This document shows, piece after piece, positions 32,973-42,782 of a DNA stretch of 64,000 nucleotides. Every line of letters begins with the position of its first letter. Within the stretch, counting starts at the first letter, position 1. This stretch comes from Mycobacterium sp. (GTDB lineage: Bacteria > Actinomycetota > Actinomycetes > Mycobacteriales > Mycobacteriaceae). Made by a program: the position numbers and the translations under genes. The notes below the pieces were generated by a model. The model saw only the letters and a list, made by a program, of their open reading frames with translations. It ran no database searches and was not told the origin of the DNA. The stretch covers positions 28,085 through 92,084 of the forward strand of contig JBOGDC010000003.1 of NCBI GenBank assembly GCA_050701835.1, in the 5' to 3' direction.

Positions 32973-33800
32973 ATGCCTAATCACCCCGCAGAACTCGATG
33001 AATACACAAATCCGAGCGGACTCGTACCGGATCAGGTGACGTGGACGCCGTGGCTCAAGGCCTGGCGGATGCTGTTCAGTTCGAAGTACCACGGCGACAT
33101 CTACGAGGCGTTTCTCGGGATGGAAGCGCCGGTTCTTGCTCGCGCCTACTACCAAGTACGGTCGCACCCTAACGGCCGCGCATTGTTCAAGAAGAAACCC
33201 GATCTGCTGGCGGTGTTGAACGACGAGGACTACCTGGCCTCATTGCCTTTCGGCAGTCTCGGGCATGCGTACCTGTCGTTCTTGCACACCAACAAGCTCG
33301 ACGCGGGAGTGTTCGGGGAGGCGGCCATCATCAGGCCGATCGCCGAGAAGAACAACTGGGACGACGATTTCTACTACATGATCATTCGGGGCACCGCCCT
33401 GCACGATATGTTCCATACTATCGGCGGCTACGGTCCCGATATTTCCGGCGAGATGGCTAACATCGGATTCCATTGTGGCCAAATGGAACCCGCCGGACCA
33501 TTGGAGAGGCTCGGCATGTTCGGAGCCCTCACTCTGCCCGGCGCATCGGTGCCGTTCAAGCTCCGCTACTACCGACAGGCGGTGGAGCGCGGCCGCCGCG
33601 CCGACCTGCTGATGGCAGCCCCCTGGGAGGAGCTACTCGAACGGCCCTACCGCGAGGTCCAAGACACCCTGGGCGTGATGCCCGTCGAGAGAGCCCACCC
33701 CCAGGGCAGGTGGGTGACGGCGTGGACGCCTCCTTCCGTCAAGCCGCCAACCCCCTGGAACTACGAGCAGATTTTGGCCGAGGGACCCGTGGCAGCCTGA
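32973..33800 (+). CDS. Coq4-family protein (ubiquinone-biosynthesis Coq4-like fold)
   Basis: Contains HDMFHTIGGYGPDISGE, which matches the Coq4 HDxxH-x11-E putative metal-binding motif, and upstream SLGHAYLSFL, which resembles the Coq4 N-terminal region. Confidence 0.7.
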   Translation: MPNHPAELDEYTNPSGLVPDQVTWTPWLKAWRMLFSSKYHGDIYEAFLGMEAPVLARAYYQVRSHPNGRALFKKKPDLLAVLNDEDYLASLPFGSLGHAYLSFLHTNKLDAGVFGEAAIIRPIAEKNNWDDDFYYMIIRGTALHDMFHTIGGYGPDISGEMANIGFHCGQMEPAGPLERLGMFGALTLPGASVPFKLRYYRQAVERGRRADLLMAAPWEELLERPYREVQDTLGVMPVERAHPQGRWVTAWTPPSVKPPTPWNYEQILAEGPVAA

Positions 33801-33978
33801 GCACTCATCGACGGACCTACCTGCACCGGAGCGCACGTCCATCGCAATCTCGGTGGCGGTGAACTCCATCGGGCCCAATGTGACCGACACTCCTGGTCCG
33901 TAGTCGCCGGTTGAGCGTTGTGGTTTAGTGGCAATCACAACGACGCTGTTGGGCACCCGAGAAGGTGAGAATGCGCTC

Positions 33979-34944
33979 ATGACCGATGCCACTGTGGATA
34001 TCCGGGAACGTGACATCGCAACAAACGGTGTGCACCTGCGCATAGTGGAGGCCGGTGAACCCGGCCAACCGGTAGTCCTTCTGGCGCACGGCTTCCCCGA
34101 GCTGGCGTATTCCTGGCGCCACCAGATTCCGGCACTCGCCGCCGCCGGATACCACGTCATCGCTCCCGACCAGCGCGGTTACGGCAGGTCAAGTGCGCCC
34201 GCGCATATCGACGACTACAACATCGAGGCGCTATCCGACGATCTACTCGGCATCCTTGACGATGTGGGCGCCGGCAAGGCGACCTTCGTAGGACACGACT
34301 GGGGCGCCGTCGTCACCTGGCATACCGCGCTCGCCGTCCCCGAACGCGTCGCAGGCGTCGCGGGTCTTTCTGTCCCGTTCACCCGACGCAGCCAGGCAGC
34401 TCCCACCCAGGCGTGGAAGAAGCTATTCGGCGACAACTTTATCTACATCCTGTATTTCCAGGAGCCCGGGTTGGCCGATGCCGACCTCAATCGCGATCCG
34501 GCCGCCACCATGCGCCGCATGATGGTCGGCATGGCCCATATCGATGGCGCCACGATGATCGCACCGGGACCCGCCGGATTCATTGAGCGCATGACCGATC
34601 CCGGCGAGCTTCCCAACTGGCTCAGCAATACCGAATTGGACCACTACATCGCCGAATTCACCCGCACCGGGTTCACCGGCGGACTGAACTGGTACCGGAA
34701 CTTCGATCGCAACTGGGCGCTTACCGAGCATCTGACGGACGCGAATGTGGTTGTGCCGTCGCTATTCATCGCGGGTGCCGCCGATCCCGTCCTCGGCTTC
34801 GCGGACCACGCGGGCAGCCTGAAGCACCGAACCGACAATCGTGGAGACATCCTGATCGAAGGTGCCGGGCACTGGATTCAGCAGGAGCGACCACAGGAAG
34901 TCAATGCCGCGCTATTGGAGTTCTTGGGTCAGGTCGCGCGATGA
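33979..34944 (+). CDS. Alpha/beta-fold epoxide hydrolase (EphA-like)
   Basis: HGFPELAYSWRHQ, nucleophile motif GHDWGA, NWYRN and GAGHWIQQE are classic epoxide hydrolase motifs. Confidence 0.85.
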   Translation: MTDATVDIRERDIATNGVHLRIVEAGEPGQPVVLLAHGFPELAYSWRHQIPALAAAGYHVIAPDQRGYGRSSAPAHIDDYNIEALSDDLLGILDDVGAGKATFVGHDWGAVVTWHTALAVPERVAGVAGLSVPFTRRSQAAPTQAWKKLFGDNFIYILYFQEPGLADADLNRDPAATMRRMMVGMAHIDGATMIAPGPAGFIERMTDPGELPNWLSNTELDHYIAEFTRTGFTGGLNWYRNFDRNWALTEHLTDANVVVPSLFIAGAADPVLGFADHAGSLKHRTDNRGDILIEGAGHWIQQERPQEVNAALLEFLGQVAR

Positions 34945-36164
34945 CGGCCTCGTCGCCCCTTCGATTTGGGGCCTTCATCACCCCGTTTCACCCAGTAGGA
35001 CAGAATCCCACCACCGCGTTGGAATATGACCTGGATCGAGTGGTGGCCCTGGACCGGTTGGGCTACCAGGAGGCGTGGTTTGGCGAGCACCATTCCGGTG
35101 GATACGAATTGATCTCCTGCCCTGAGGTTTTCATCGCCACCGCGGCCGAACGCACCAAACACATCAGACTGGGCACCGGGGTGGTATCACTGCCGTATCA
35201 CCACCCACTCATGGTGGTGGACCGCTGGATTCTGCTCGATCACATCACCAGAGGCCGAGTCATCTTCGGTACCGGGCCGGGGGCACTGCCCACCGACGCC
35301 TACATGATGGGAATTGACCCGGTTGATCAGCGGCAGATGCAGGAGGAGTCGCTCGAAGCAATTCTTGCCCTGCTACGTGCGGCCCCGGAAGAGCGCATCA
35401 ACCGCGAAACGTCCTGGTTCACCCTGCGCGACGCGCAGCTTCAGCTGCGCCCTTATACCCATCCCTATCCGGAAATCCTTACGGCCGCCATGTTTTCGCC
35501 CTCCGGCCCCCGACTCGCCGGAAAACTCGGCGCGGGCCTGCTGTCTCTCTCCGCGTCAATACCCGGCGGTTTCGCCGCACTCGAGAACGCCTGGGAGGTG
35601 GTGCGCGAGCAGGCCACCGGGCACGGCCACCCCGAGCCCGATCGGTCCAGCTGGCGAGTACTCGGCATCATGCATCTGGCCGAGACGCGCGAGCAGGCCA
35701 TCGAAGACTGCACCTACGGACTGCCCGACTACGCCCACTACTTCGGCGCCGTTGGCGTGCTACCGCTGGCCAACGAGGTCGATGGCGAACAGCAAGATCC
35801 GCGAGAATTCGTTAAATCATATGTGGAACAAAGCAATTGCTGCATAGGAACACCTGACGACGCGATCGAGTACATTCAAGATCTACTCGACAAGTCAGGC
35901 GGCTTCGGCACGTTCCTGATGCTCGGCCACGATTGGGCGCCACCAGAGGCCACGTTCAAGTCCTATGAACTGTTCGCCCGCAAGGTGATCCCGCATTTCA
36001 CCGGCCAGCTGACTGCCGCCACGGTCTCGCACGATTGGGCGCAGGCCAAGCGCGGAGAGCTGTTGGGTAGGGCCGGCGAGGCGGTGGCGAAGGCCATCGG
36101 CGAGCACGTGAGCGATGAGCGACTGACGCGAAAAGCAGACAACTCAGTGAAGGATTCGATCTAA
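34941..36164 (+). CDS. LLM-class flavin-dependent monooxygenase
   Basis: 407 aa. FGAFITPFH...LDRLGYQEAWFGEHH is a luciferase-like TIM-barrel signature. The start overlaps the upstream stop. Confidence 0.85.
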   Translation: MTASSPLRFGAFITPFHPVGQNPTTALEYDLDRVVALDRLGYQEAWFGEHHSGGYELISCPEVFIATAAERTKHIRLGTGVVSLPYHHPLMVVDRWILLDHITRGRVIFGTGPGALPTDAYMMGIDPVDQRQMQEESLEAILALLRAAPEERINRETSWFTLRDAQLQLRPYTHPYPEILTAAMFSPSGPRLAGKLGAGLLSLSASIPGGFAALENAWEVVREQATGHGHPEPDRSSWRVLGIMHLAETREQAIEDCTYGLPDYAHYFGAVGVLPLANEVDGEQQDPREFVKSYVEQSNCCIGTPDDAIEYIQDLLDKSGGFGTFLMLGHDWAPPEATFKSYELFARKVIPHFTGQLTAATVSHDWAQAKRGELLGRAGEAVAKAIGEHVSDERLTRKADNSVKDSI

Positions 36165-37208
36165 ATGCGGGCATCGGTGCTGCGCAACGGCGCAATGGTC
36201 TATCGCGACGACGTCACCGACCCGGTACCGGGCGAAGGCCAAGTGCTCGTGAAGGTCACTGCGTGCGGGATCTGCGGATCCGACCTGCACTTCGCCAAGC
36301 ACGGCGCGCAGGCCATCGCTCTGTCCAAGCAGATGGCGGGCGTACCCAGCCTTACTGACGGCGTCGACTTGGGCGCCGATGTATTCATGGGACACGAGTT
36401 CGCCGCCGAGGTGATCGAGGCCGGACCGGGTACCGAGGCTCCCGCCCCCGGGACGTCGGTGACATCGATTCCGATCCTCCTGTCCACCAAGGGAATCGAA
36501 CCCATCGTGTACAGCAACAGCACTCTCGGTGGCTATGCCGAGCAGATGCTGTTGAGCGCGCCGCTGCTGCTGCCCATCCCCAACGGTCTCGACCCGCGGC
36601 ATGCGGCGCTGACCGAACCGATGGCAGTGGGGCTACATGCCGTCAACAAATCGGGCATCCGCCCCGGCAACGGCGCAATCGTCATCGGCTGTGGCCCCAT
36701 CGGCGCGGCAGTGATAGCCGCCCTTCACATCCTGGGCATCGAGCCGATCGTCGCCGCCGATTTCTCTCCCACCCGACGCGATCTCGCGCGGCTCATGGGG
36801 GCGCACGAAGTGATCGATCCCGCCGCCGAAGCCACCTTCGATGCCTGGGCACGCGTCGGCACGGGCGCACCCGTGATCTTCGAAGCCGTCGGGGTACCGG
36901 GCATCCTTAACGACGTGCTCCGCGATGCGCCGCACAGCTCTCGGGTGGTGGTCGTGGGCGTTTGTATGGAACCCGATGCCATCACCCCGTATTTCGGGAT
37001 CGCCAAGGAAGTTGCGGTTCAATTCGTGCTCGCCTACGACCCTGCCGAGTTCTCCGAGACGCTGCGGCGAATAGCACACGGCGAGATAGACGTTGCGCCG
37101 CTAGTCACCGGTGAGGTAGGTCTGGAAGATGTCGGGTCGGCATTTGCCGATCTGAGTAATGCCGAACGGCAGCCAGTACAGCACTGCAAGATCTTGGTGG
37201 TGCCCTAG
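36165..37208 (+). CDS. Zinc-dependent medium-chain alcohol dehydrogenase
   Basis: GEGQVLVKVTACGICGSDLH, GHEFAAEV and Rossmann motif VIGCGPIGAA. Confidence 0.85.
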   Translation: MRASVLRNGAMVYRDDVTDPVPGEGQVLVKVTACGICGSDLHFAKHGAQAIALSKQMAGVPSLTDGVDLGADVFMGHEFAAEVIEAGPGTEAPAPGTSVTSIPILLSTKGIEPIVYSNSTLGGYAEQMLLSAPLLLPIPNGLDPRHAALTEPMAVGLHAVNKSGIRPGNGAIVIGCGPIGAAVIAALHILGIEPIVAADFSPTRRDLARLMGAHEVIDPAAEATFDAWARVGTGAPVIFEAVGVPGILNDVLRDAPHSSRVVVVGVCMEPDAITPYFGIAKEVAVQFVLAYDPAEFSETLRRIAHGEIDVAPLVTGEVGLEDVGSAFADLSNAERQPVQHCKILVVP

Positions 37209-37233
37209 TGGTCGGGGAAGACAGGAGTGAGGC

Positions 37234-37968
37234 GTGAAAGCACTAACCCGGATGACCGCCGTTGCGGCCACCGCCGCGCTGGCGGTGTTCGTCGCCGGCT
37301 GCGGTGACGATTCCGAAGGCAGTCCCGAGTCGCTGCGGAACGTCACCGTCATCGGCAAGGGTGAGGTCAAGGGCGCACCCGACGTGCTGCGTGCCGACGT
37401 GGGCGTATCGGTTATCGCCAAGGATGTGTCCGGCGCGCTGTCCCAGGCCAGCGAGAAGGCACAGGCTGTCATCGATGCGGTGGTCGGGGCCGGGGTGGCC
37501 CGCGAGGATGTGCAGACCAACGAGCTGTCCATCCAGCCGGAACAGACGTACCCGCAGGGCGGACCGCCCAGCATCACCGGTTACAACGCCACCAACTCCG
37601 TGCGCATCAACGTCCGCGACCTCAAGAAGGCCTCGGAAGTGCTGGACAAGGCGGTGCGCGCCGGCGGAGATGCCGCCCGTCTGTCCAGCGTCAGCTTCGA
37701 CCTCGATAACGACGCGGACCTGGTGAAAGGCGCACGAGAGCGTGCCTTCAACGATGCCAAGGCGCGCGCCGAGCAGTACGCCGGCCTGTCGGGATCCACG
37801 CTGGGCAAGGTGCTGCGGATCGACGAGTCGCATGGTTCCGTGCCGCCGCCGACGCCCATGATGGGCAAGCGGGCACCTATGCAGGCGGATGCGCAGTTTG
37901 CACCCCCGCTGGAACCGGGGCAGCAGACCGTGAGCTTCCAAGTGAGCGTCATCTGGGAGTTGAGCTGA
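37234..37968 (+). CDS. SIMPL/DUF541-family lipoprotein (LpqG-like)
   Basis: Lipobox FVAGC, then GEVKGAPDVLRADVGV...ARAEQYAGLSG...PLEPGQQTVSFQVSVIWEL. Confidence 0.8.
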   Translation: MKALTRMTAVAATAALAVFVAGCGDDSEGSPESLRNVTVIGKGEVKGAPDVLRADVGVSVIAKDVSGALSQASEKAQAVIDAVVGAGVAREDVQTNELSIQPEQTYPQGGPPSITGYNATNSVRINVRDLKKASEVLDKAVRAGGDAARLSSVSFDLDNDADLVKGARERAFNDAKARAEQYAGLSGSTLGKVLRIDESHGSVPPPTPMMGKRAPMQADAQFAPPLEPGQQTVSFQVSVIWELS

Positions 37969-37971
37969 CGG

Positions 37972-38583
37972 ATGGGCGAAATAACGGTCGTCGGCCGGGG
38001 TGAGGCCAGCGGGAGCCCCGACGTGTTCATGGCCACCGTCGGCGTCTCGGTGCGTTCACGCCGTGTTGCCGGCGTGATGGCCGATGTGAAGGCCAAGGCC
38101 CACGCCGTCATCGAGGCGGTCCTGTCCTCCGGCGTACCACCCGAGGATGTCCGGACGGCCTCGATGTCGGTGCATCCACAGTTCGACGGCAATCGCGTCA
38201 CCGGCTACGCCGCGGATAACTCGGTTCGGATCACCGTCCGGGATCTGTCCAAGGTGTCCGAGGTGCTGGACAGGGCGATCAGCGCCGGAGGTGATGCCGC
38301 GCAACTCTCCGGGGTCAGCTTCGATCTGCAGGACAGCACCGCGCTCGACACCTTGGCACGCGACAGCGCGTTCGCCGATGCCAAGGCTCGCGCCGAGCAG
38401 TACGCCAGGCTCTCCGACGCGACGCTCGGGCGAGTGGTTCGTGTCGAGGACACCGGTCAGAACTCAGCGCCAACGATGCGAATGGCAACCATGGCGATGC
38501 GGTCCGCTCCGGCAGGGCCACCGGTGGAAGCGGGCCAACAGACGGTCAGCGCTCATATCACGGTGGCGTGGGAGCTGGTCTAG
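37972..38583 (+). CDS. SIMPL/DUF541-family protein, signal-less paralog of the upstream gene
   Basis: Collinear with 37234-37968 ([16 protein letters not shown]...[11 protein letters not shown]...[19 protein letters not shown]) but starts directly at the domain with no signal peptide. Confidence 0.75.
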   Translation: MGEITVVGRGEASGSPDVFMATVGVSVRSRRVAGVMADVKAKAHAVIEAVLSSGVPPEDVRTASMSVHPQFDGNRVTGYAADNSVRITVRDLSKVSEVLDRAISAGGDAAQLSGVSFDLQDSTALDTLARDSAFADAKARAEQYARLSDATLGRVVRVEDTGQNSAPTMRMATMAMRSAPAGPPVEAGQQTVSAHITVAWELV

Positions 38584-39194
38584 TCCATGTAGACGCGCGG
38601 GTGCAGAGTGCCGATAAAGGGCAGGTCACGGTACCGCTCGCCATAGTCGAGCCCATATCCGACGACGAACTCGTTGGGGATCTCGAATCCGACGAGGGCC
38701 ACATCGACGTCGACCTTGTTGGCCTCGGGCTTGCGCAGTAACGAGACCACGTTGAGCGAGCGCGGCCCGCGGGAGGTCAAGTTACGCATGAGCCAGCTCA
38801 GAGTCAGGCCGGAGTCGATGATGTCCTCGACGATGAGGACGTCCCGGTTCTGGATGTCCCGGTCGAGATCCTTGAGAATGCGCACCACACCGGAGGACGA
38901 GGTTGCCGAGCCGTAGGAGCTGACAGCCATGAATTCCATCTGCGTGGGGATCGGGATCGCCCTGGCCAGGTCCGAGACGAACATGACGGCCCCCTTGAGG
39001 ACGGTCACCAGCAGCAGATCACCCTCGATATCCCGGTACTTCTCGCCGATAGCGGCGCCGAGCTCCAGAGTCTTGGCACGGATCTGCTCCTCGGTAAGCA
39101 GAACCGACCTCACGTCACCGCCGTACTGCTCACCACACGATGAGCCGCTTGCACGAGGAGTAGCAGGAACTGCCTGATCCTGTTCGCAGGTCAC
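38580..39194 (-). CDS. hpt: Hypoxanthine-guanine phosphoribosyltransferase
   Basis: [21 protein letters not shown]...[17 protein letters not shown]...[25 protein letters not shown] start at 39192-39194. The 379-aa track ORF is an upstream extension. Confidence 0.93.
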   Translation of the reverse strand: MTCEQDQAVPATPRASGSSCGEQYGGDVRSVLLTEEQIRAKTLELGAAIGEKYRDIEGDLLLVTVLKGAVMFVSDLARAIPIPTQMEFMAVSSYGSATSSSGVVRILKDLDRDIQNRDVLIVEDIIDSGLTLSWLMRNLTSRGPRSLNVVSLLRKPEANKVDVDVALVGFEIPNEFVVGYGLDYGERYRDLPFIGTLHPRVYMD

Positions 39195-39284
39195 GACCGA
39201 CAGCGTGCCATGGAGGGGGTTAGCTCTCCAAGCCGGTGGCGTTCGACTAGTGACTTTGTTTACGAAATAGGCCAATATGGAAAC

Positions 39285-40757
39285 GTGAGCAATGGCGCTT
39301 ACGGGACCGGGTCCCGAGATATCCGCGTGGTGGTGATCGGTGCGGGCATGTCCGGCCTGTGCATGGCCTCCGCTCTTCGACACCGGGGCATCAGCAACTT
39401 CACCGTCTACGAGAAGGCCGACGAGGTCGGCGGCACCTGGCGAGACAACACCTACCCGGGTCTGCAGTGCGATGTGCCCTCGCGCTACTACTCGTACTCC
39501 TTCGCCCCGAATCCCGGTTGGAGTAAGGGGTTTTCGCCCGGACCGGAGATCCACCAGTATTTCGTGAGATTCGCCGACGACCAGGATCTGCGCCGCAATA
39601 TTCGTTTCGGCGCAGCCGTCACCCGGGCCGAGTGGGTAGACGGCCATTGGGAATTGAAGCTTTCCGACGGCAGCCGCGATACCGCGGATGTCGTGGTAGG
39701 TGCCACCGGGGTGCTGCACCTGCCACGTCTACCCGAGATCGAAGGACTACAGAGTTTCGTTGGACCGTGCTTCCACTCGGCACGCTGGGATCACTCGGTG
39801 TCGTACGCCGGTAAGCGGGTAGGCCTTATCGGGACAGGATCTTCAGGAGTCCAGATCATCAGCGCACTCGCCGAAGACGTACAGAGTCTTTCGGTGTTCC
39901 AGCGTACGGCGCAGTGGGTTGCCCCGGTGCCCAACTTCACCTACTCGACCATGTCCAAGTCCCTCTGGTCCCGCGCACCGATTCTGAACAGACTCTCCTA
40001 TCGTCTGTGGCGCTTCTATTTTGAACGCGGTGTGGGCGGGTCCGTGGTGAACCCGGGGGTACGGCGACGCGTTATTCAGGGTTTTGTGCGGGCCTCGCAC
40101 CGACTGCTCATCCGCGATCCGCGGCTGCGCGAGAAGCTGCATCCCGAGTACGAGCCACTCTGCCGAAGACTGGTGATGTCGGTGCCGTTCTTCAGGGCGG
40201 TCCAGCGACCCAATGTCTCGGTACTCACCGAAGGTATCAACCGCGTCATTCCACAAGGTGTCATCACCACGGATGGAAAGCTACACGAGCTTGATATCTT
40301 GGTGTGTGCCACCGGGTTTGACGCGCACTCATACCTGCGACCGATGGAGGTGATCGGGCGCGACGGAATTAAGCTGAGCGATGCGTGGAGTGACGGACCG
40401 CGCGCCTACCGCGCCGTGGGACTTGCCGGATTCCCGAACTTCTTCCTGCTGATCGGGCCGAACAGCCCGATCGGAAACAACTCGCTTATCTCGATCGCCG
40501 AAACACAGGTGAAGTTTGCGATGCATTGGATCGACGAGATCCGTTCCGGCCGAGTTGAATCGGTGGCACCCACGCCGGAGGCCGCGGAGATCTTCAACTC
40601 CGAGGTACGACGGGCGATGCCCAATACCGTGTGGTCCACCGGATGCGACAGCTGGTATCTGGGCGCTGACGGAGTACCCGAGCTGTGGCCATGGCCTCCC
40701 GTCGCGTACCGACGCACGCTCGCCTCGCCGATACGCGAAGACTTCGCGATCACCTGA
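39285..40757 (+). CDS. Type I Baeyer-Villiger / flavin-containing monooxygenase
   Basis: FAD motif GAGMSG, BVMO fingerprint [13 protein letters not shown] (FxGxxxHxxxW[PD]), and a second Rossmann motif GTGSSG. Likely GTG start at 39285. Confidence 0.85.
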   Translation: MSNGAYGTGSRDIRVVVIGAGMSGLCMASALRHRGISNFTVYEKADEVGGTWRDNTYPGLQCDVPSRYYSYSFAPNPGWSKGFSPGPEIHQYFVRFADDQDLRRNIRFGAAVTRAEWVDGHWELKLSDGSRDTADVVVGATGVLHLPRLPEIEGLQSFVGPCFHSARWDHSVSYAGKRVGLIGTGSSGVQIISALAEDVQSLSVFQRTAQWVAPVPNFTYSTMSKSLWSRAPILNRLSYRLWRFYFERGVGGSVVNPGVRRRVIQGFVRASHRLLIRDPRLREKLHPEYEPLCRRLVMSVPFFRAVQRPNVSVLTEGINRVIPQGVITTDGKLHELDILVCATGFDAHSYLRPMEVIGRDGIKLSDAWSDGPRAYRAVGLAGFPNFFLLIGPNSPIGNNSLISIAETQVKFAMHWIDEIRSGRVESVAPTPEAAEIFNSEVRRAMPNTVWSTGCDSWYLGADGVPELWPWPPVAYRRTLASPIREDFAIT

Positions 40758-40767
40758 CCTCTGCGGA

Positions 40768-41721
40768 TTAGACGTCCTGGACCGAGAGCACCAGTTCGTC
40801 GCCGGACCGGGACGCCACCAGTCGCTGATACGGCAGGTCGGCACCCACCGCCACACCGCCTTGCCCGCGCCATTGCACGGCGAGCGCGTCTACCGCGCGA
40901 ATCTGGTTGTCGTTCAGGTCCTGTGCGCCGCCCGCCAGTAGCCACAGCCTGATAACCCGCCGCCGCACCGCGGGCTCCAGGTCCCGCAGGCCTGAAATGG
41001 TCAGGGATTCCGAACCAGAGAAGACCGCCCGCGCCTGTTGGTCTAGTGCATTCCCGTCGTCTTGTAGCGATGTAGCGGTCCGCGCCAATGCCTCCGCAAC
41101 CCCGCCGCCCAGCACCTGCTCCAGCAGCGGCAACACCTCATGACGCAGGCGCACCCTGACGAACCGCGAGTCCAGGTTATGCGGGTCTTCCCAAGGGGTA
41201 AGCCCTAATTCGACACACGAGGCACGAGTCTCGGTTCGGCGAACATCGAGAAGGGGGCGGCACCACGGATCGTCCCAGGGGCGCATTCCGGCGATAGAAC
41301 GCCCACCGGATCCTCGTCCGAGCCCCAGCAGCACCGTTTCGGCTTGATCATCGAGAGTGTGCGCAAGGAGTACCGGCCGCCCCCCTCGTGCCTGGTCCAG
41401 CGCCGCATACCGGACGGCCCGCGCAGCCGCTTCCAGCCCGCCGATACCGTCGACGGTCACCGACAGCACCGACGCGGACTGGCATCCCACGGCAAGCGCT
41501 TGGCTCCGCGCTTCGCGCGCCACTCGAGCCGACTCCCGCTGTAGGCCATGGTCGACGATGAGCGCGGTCACCGCCCAGCCCTGGTCCACGGCGGCCGCGG
41601 TGAGCGCCAACGAATCAGCACCACCCGAGAGTGCCACGGCCACCTCTGTTACACCCGGGAGGTGCTGGGCTCCAAACGCTTTGACTGACCGCCGCAGCGC
41701 TAGAGAACTCGGGCGATCCAT
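40768..41721 (-). CDS. tilS: tRNA(Ile)-lysidine synthase
   Basis: PP-loop SGGADS in VAVALSGGADSLALTA, and HTLDDQAETVLLGL. The start at MDRPSS (41721) overlaps the 3' end of the upstream gene. Confidence 0.88.
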   Translation of the reverse strand: MDRPSSLALRRSVKAFGAQHLPGVTEVAVALSGGADSLALTAAAVDQGWAVTALIVDHGLQRESARVAREARSQALAVGCQSASVLSVTVDGIGGLEAAARAVRYAALDQARGGRPVLLAHTLDDQAETVLLGLGRGSGGRSIAGMRPWDDPWCRPLLDVRRTETRASCVELGLTPWEDPHNLDSRFVRVRLRHEVLPLLEQVLGGGVAEALARTATSLQDDGNALDQQARAVFSGSESLTISGLRDLEPAVRRRVIRLWLLAGGAQDLNDNQIRAVDALAVQWRGQGGVAVGADLPYQRLVASRSGDELVLSVQDV

Positions 41722-42782
41722 AGGTCCGGATTCTCGATCTCGGCGGGCTTGGGTAAGGTCCCGGAGTCTCGCCACACGGTGTTGAAGCGCTCCATCCCCA
41801 CCTTCCCAACCACATGGTCGACGAAGCGCTTGCCACGCGTGTACTGGCGCATCTTGGCGTCCATACCAATGAGTGCGCGGATAATCCGCTGCAGCGGTGG
41901 CTGTTTCCGCGAGCGCCGCGCCTCGAACCGGGACCTGATTACCGACACCGAGGGCACAACCGCCGGGCCCACTGCGTCCATGACATGGTCGGCATGCCCC
42001 TCCAACAGCGTGCCCAGTACCAGCAGACGATCGAGCGCATCCCTACCAATTTCGGACTGCATGGCGCGCAGCAGATCGACGATCCCGCCGTCGCCACCAT
42101 TTCCCTGTTTCTTGGATGAGCGCACAAACTCGGCCAGCCTGCCGAGCATTCCGGCCACATCCTCTTCCTGCTCGTGCGCGAGTGTCGCCAAAGTCCCTGA
42201 CATATAGCCCGACAACCACGGGTTGGCAGAGAACTGCACCCGGTGTGTCACCTCATGCAGGCATACCCACATCCGGAAATCGCCTGGCAGTACTCGAAGT
42301 TGGCGTTCGACTGCGATCACGTTCGGGTACACCAGCAGTAACGCACCTGCTCCGTCAGCAGTGAACGGGTCGTATTGCCCGAGGATGCCCGACGAGACGA
42401 AGGCCAGCACCGCACCGGTTTGAGCTCCGGCGACGCGCCCCGAAAGGAATCCCGTCGCCCCGTCATCGCCGCCGCCAGCCATCAGCCGCATTGACTCGGC
42501 GGCGGCCGCAATCCAGCTGGGGCGGTCCAGGATTCGCGCCTCCGGCACGGCCAGACCGTCGGCCAGGCCGGTGAGCTCACGCACCGGAGCCTCCGCGCGC
42601 CGGGCCGCGTCGCTTAGCTCGGCAATGGCCAGCTGACGGGTGTAGTCGGTGCTGGGCGGTGCTGGGCGCGCCAACTTGGCGCCCACAGTCGCCGCGAACT
42701 CCCAGTTGACCATCCGGCCAACCGTCAACTCGGGACGCTCGGTTGCAACTCCGCCCTGCTCGACCCAGCCCGATTCGACCAT
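41700..42782 (-). CDS. Zinc-dependent metalloprotease-like protein (DUF2342, Rv3626c-like)
   Basis: HEVTHRVQF (HExxH) motif and conserved position between dacB and tilS. The start may instead be MVNWEF (42713). Confidence 0.7.
   Translation of the reverse strand: MVESGWVEQGGVATERPELTVGRMVNWEFAATVGAKLARPAPPSTDYTRQLAIAELSDAARRAEAPVRELTGLADGLAVPEARILDRPSWIAAAAESMRLMAGGGDDGATGFLSGRVAGAQTGAVLAFVSSGILGQYDPFTADGAGALLLVYPNVIAVERQLRVLPGDFRMWVCLHEVTHRVQFSANPWLSGYMSGTLATLAHEQEEDVAGMLGRLAEFVRSSKKQGNGGDGGIVDLLRAMQSEIGRDALDRLLVLGTLLEGHADHVMDAVGPAVVPSVSVIRSRFEARRSRKQPPLQRIIRALIGMDAKMRQYTRGKRFVDHVVGKVGMERFNTVWRDSGTLPKPAEIENPDLWIARVL

Noticed and set aside
39195-39719. N-terminal extension of the hpt ORF (379 aa in the track)
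   Set aside because: HGPRT homology starts about 25 aa after the GTG at 39194. The extension overlaps the divergent BVMO gene and has no features of its own.
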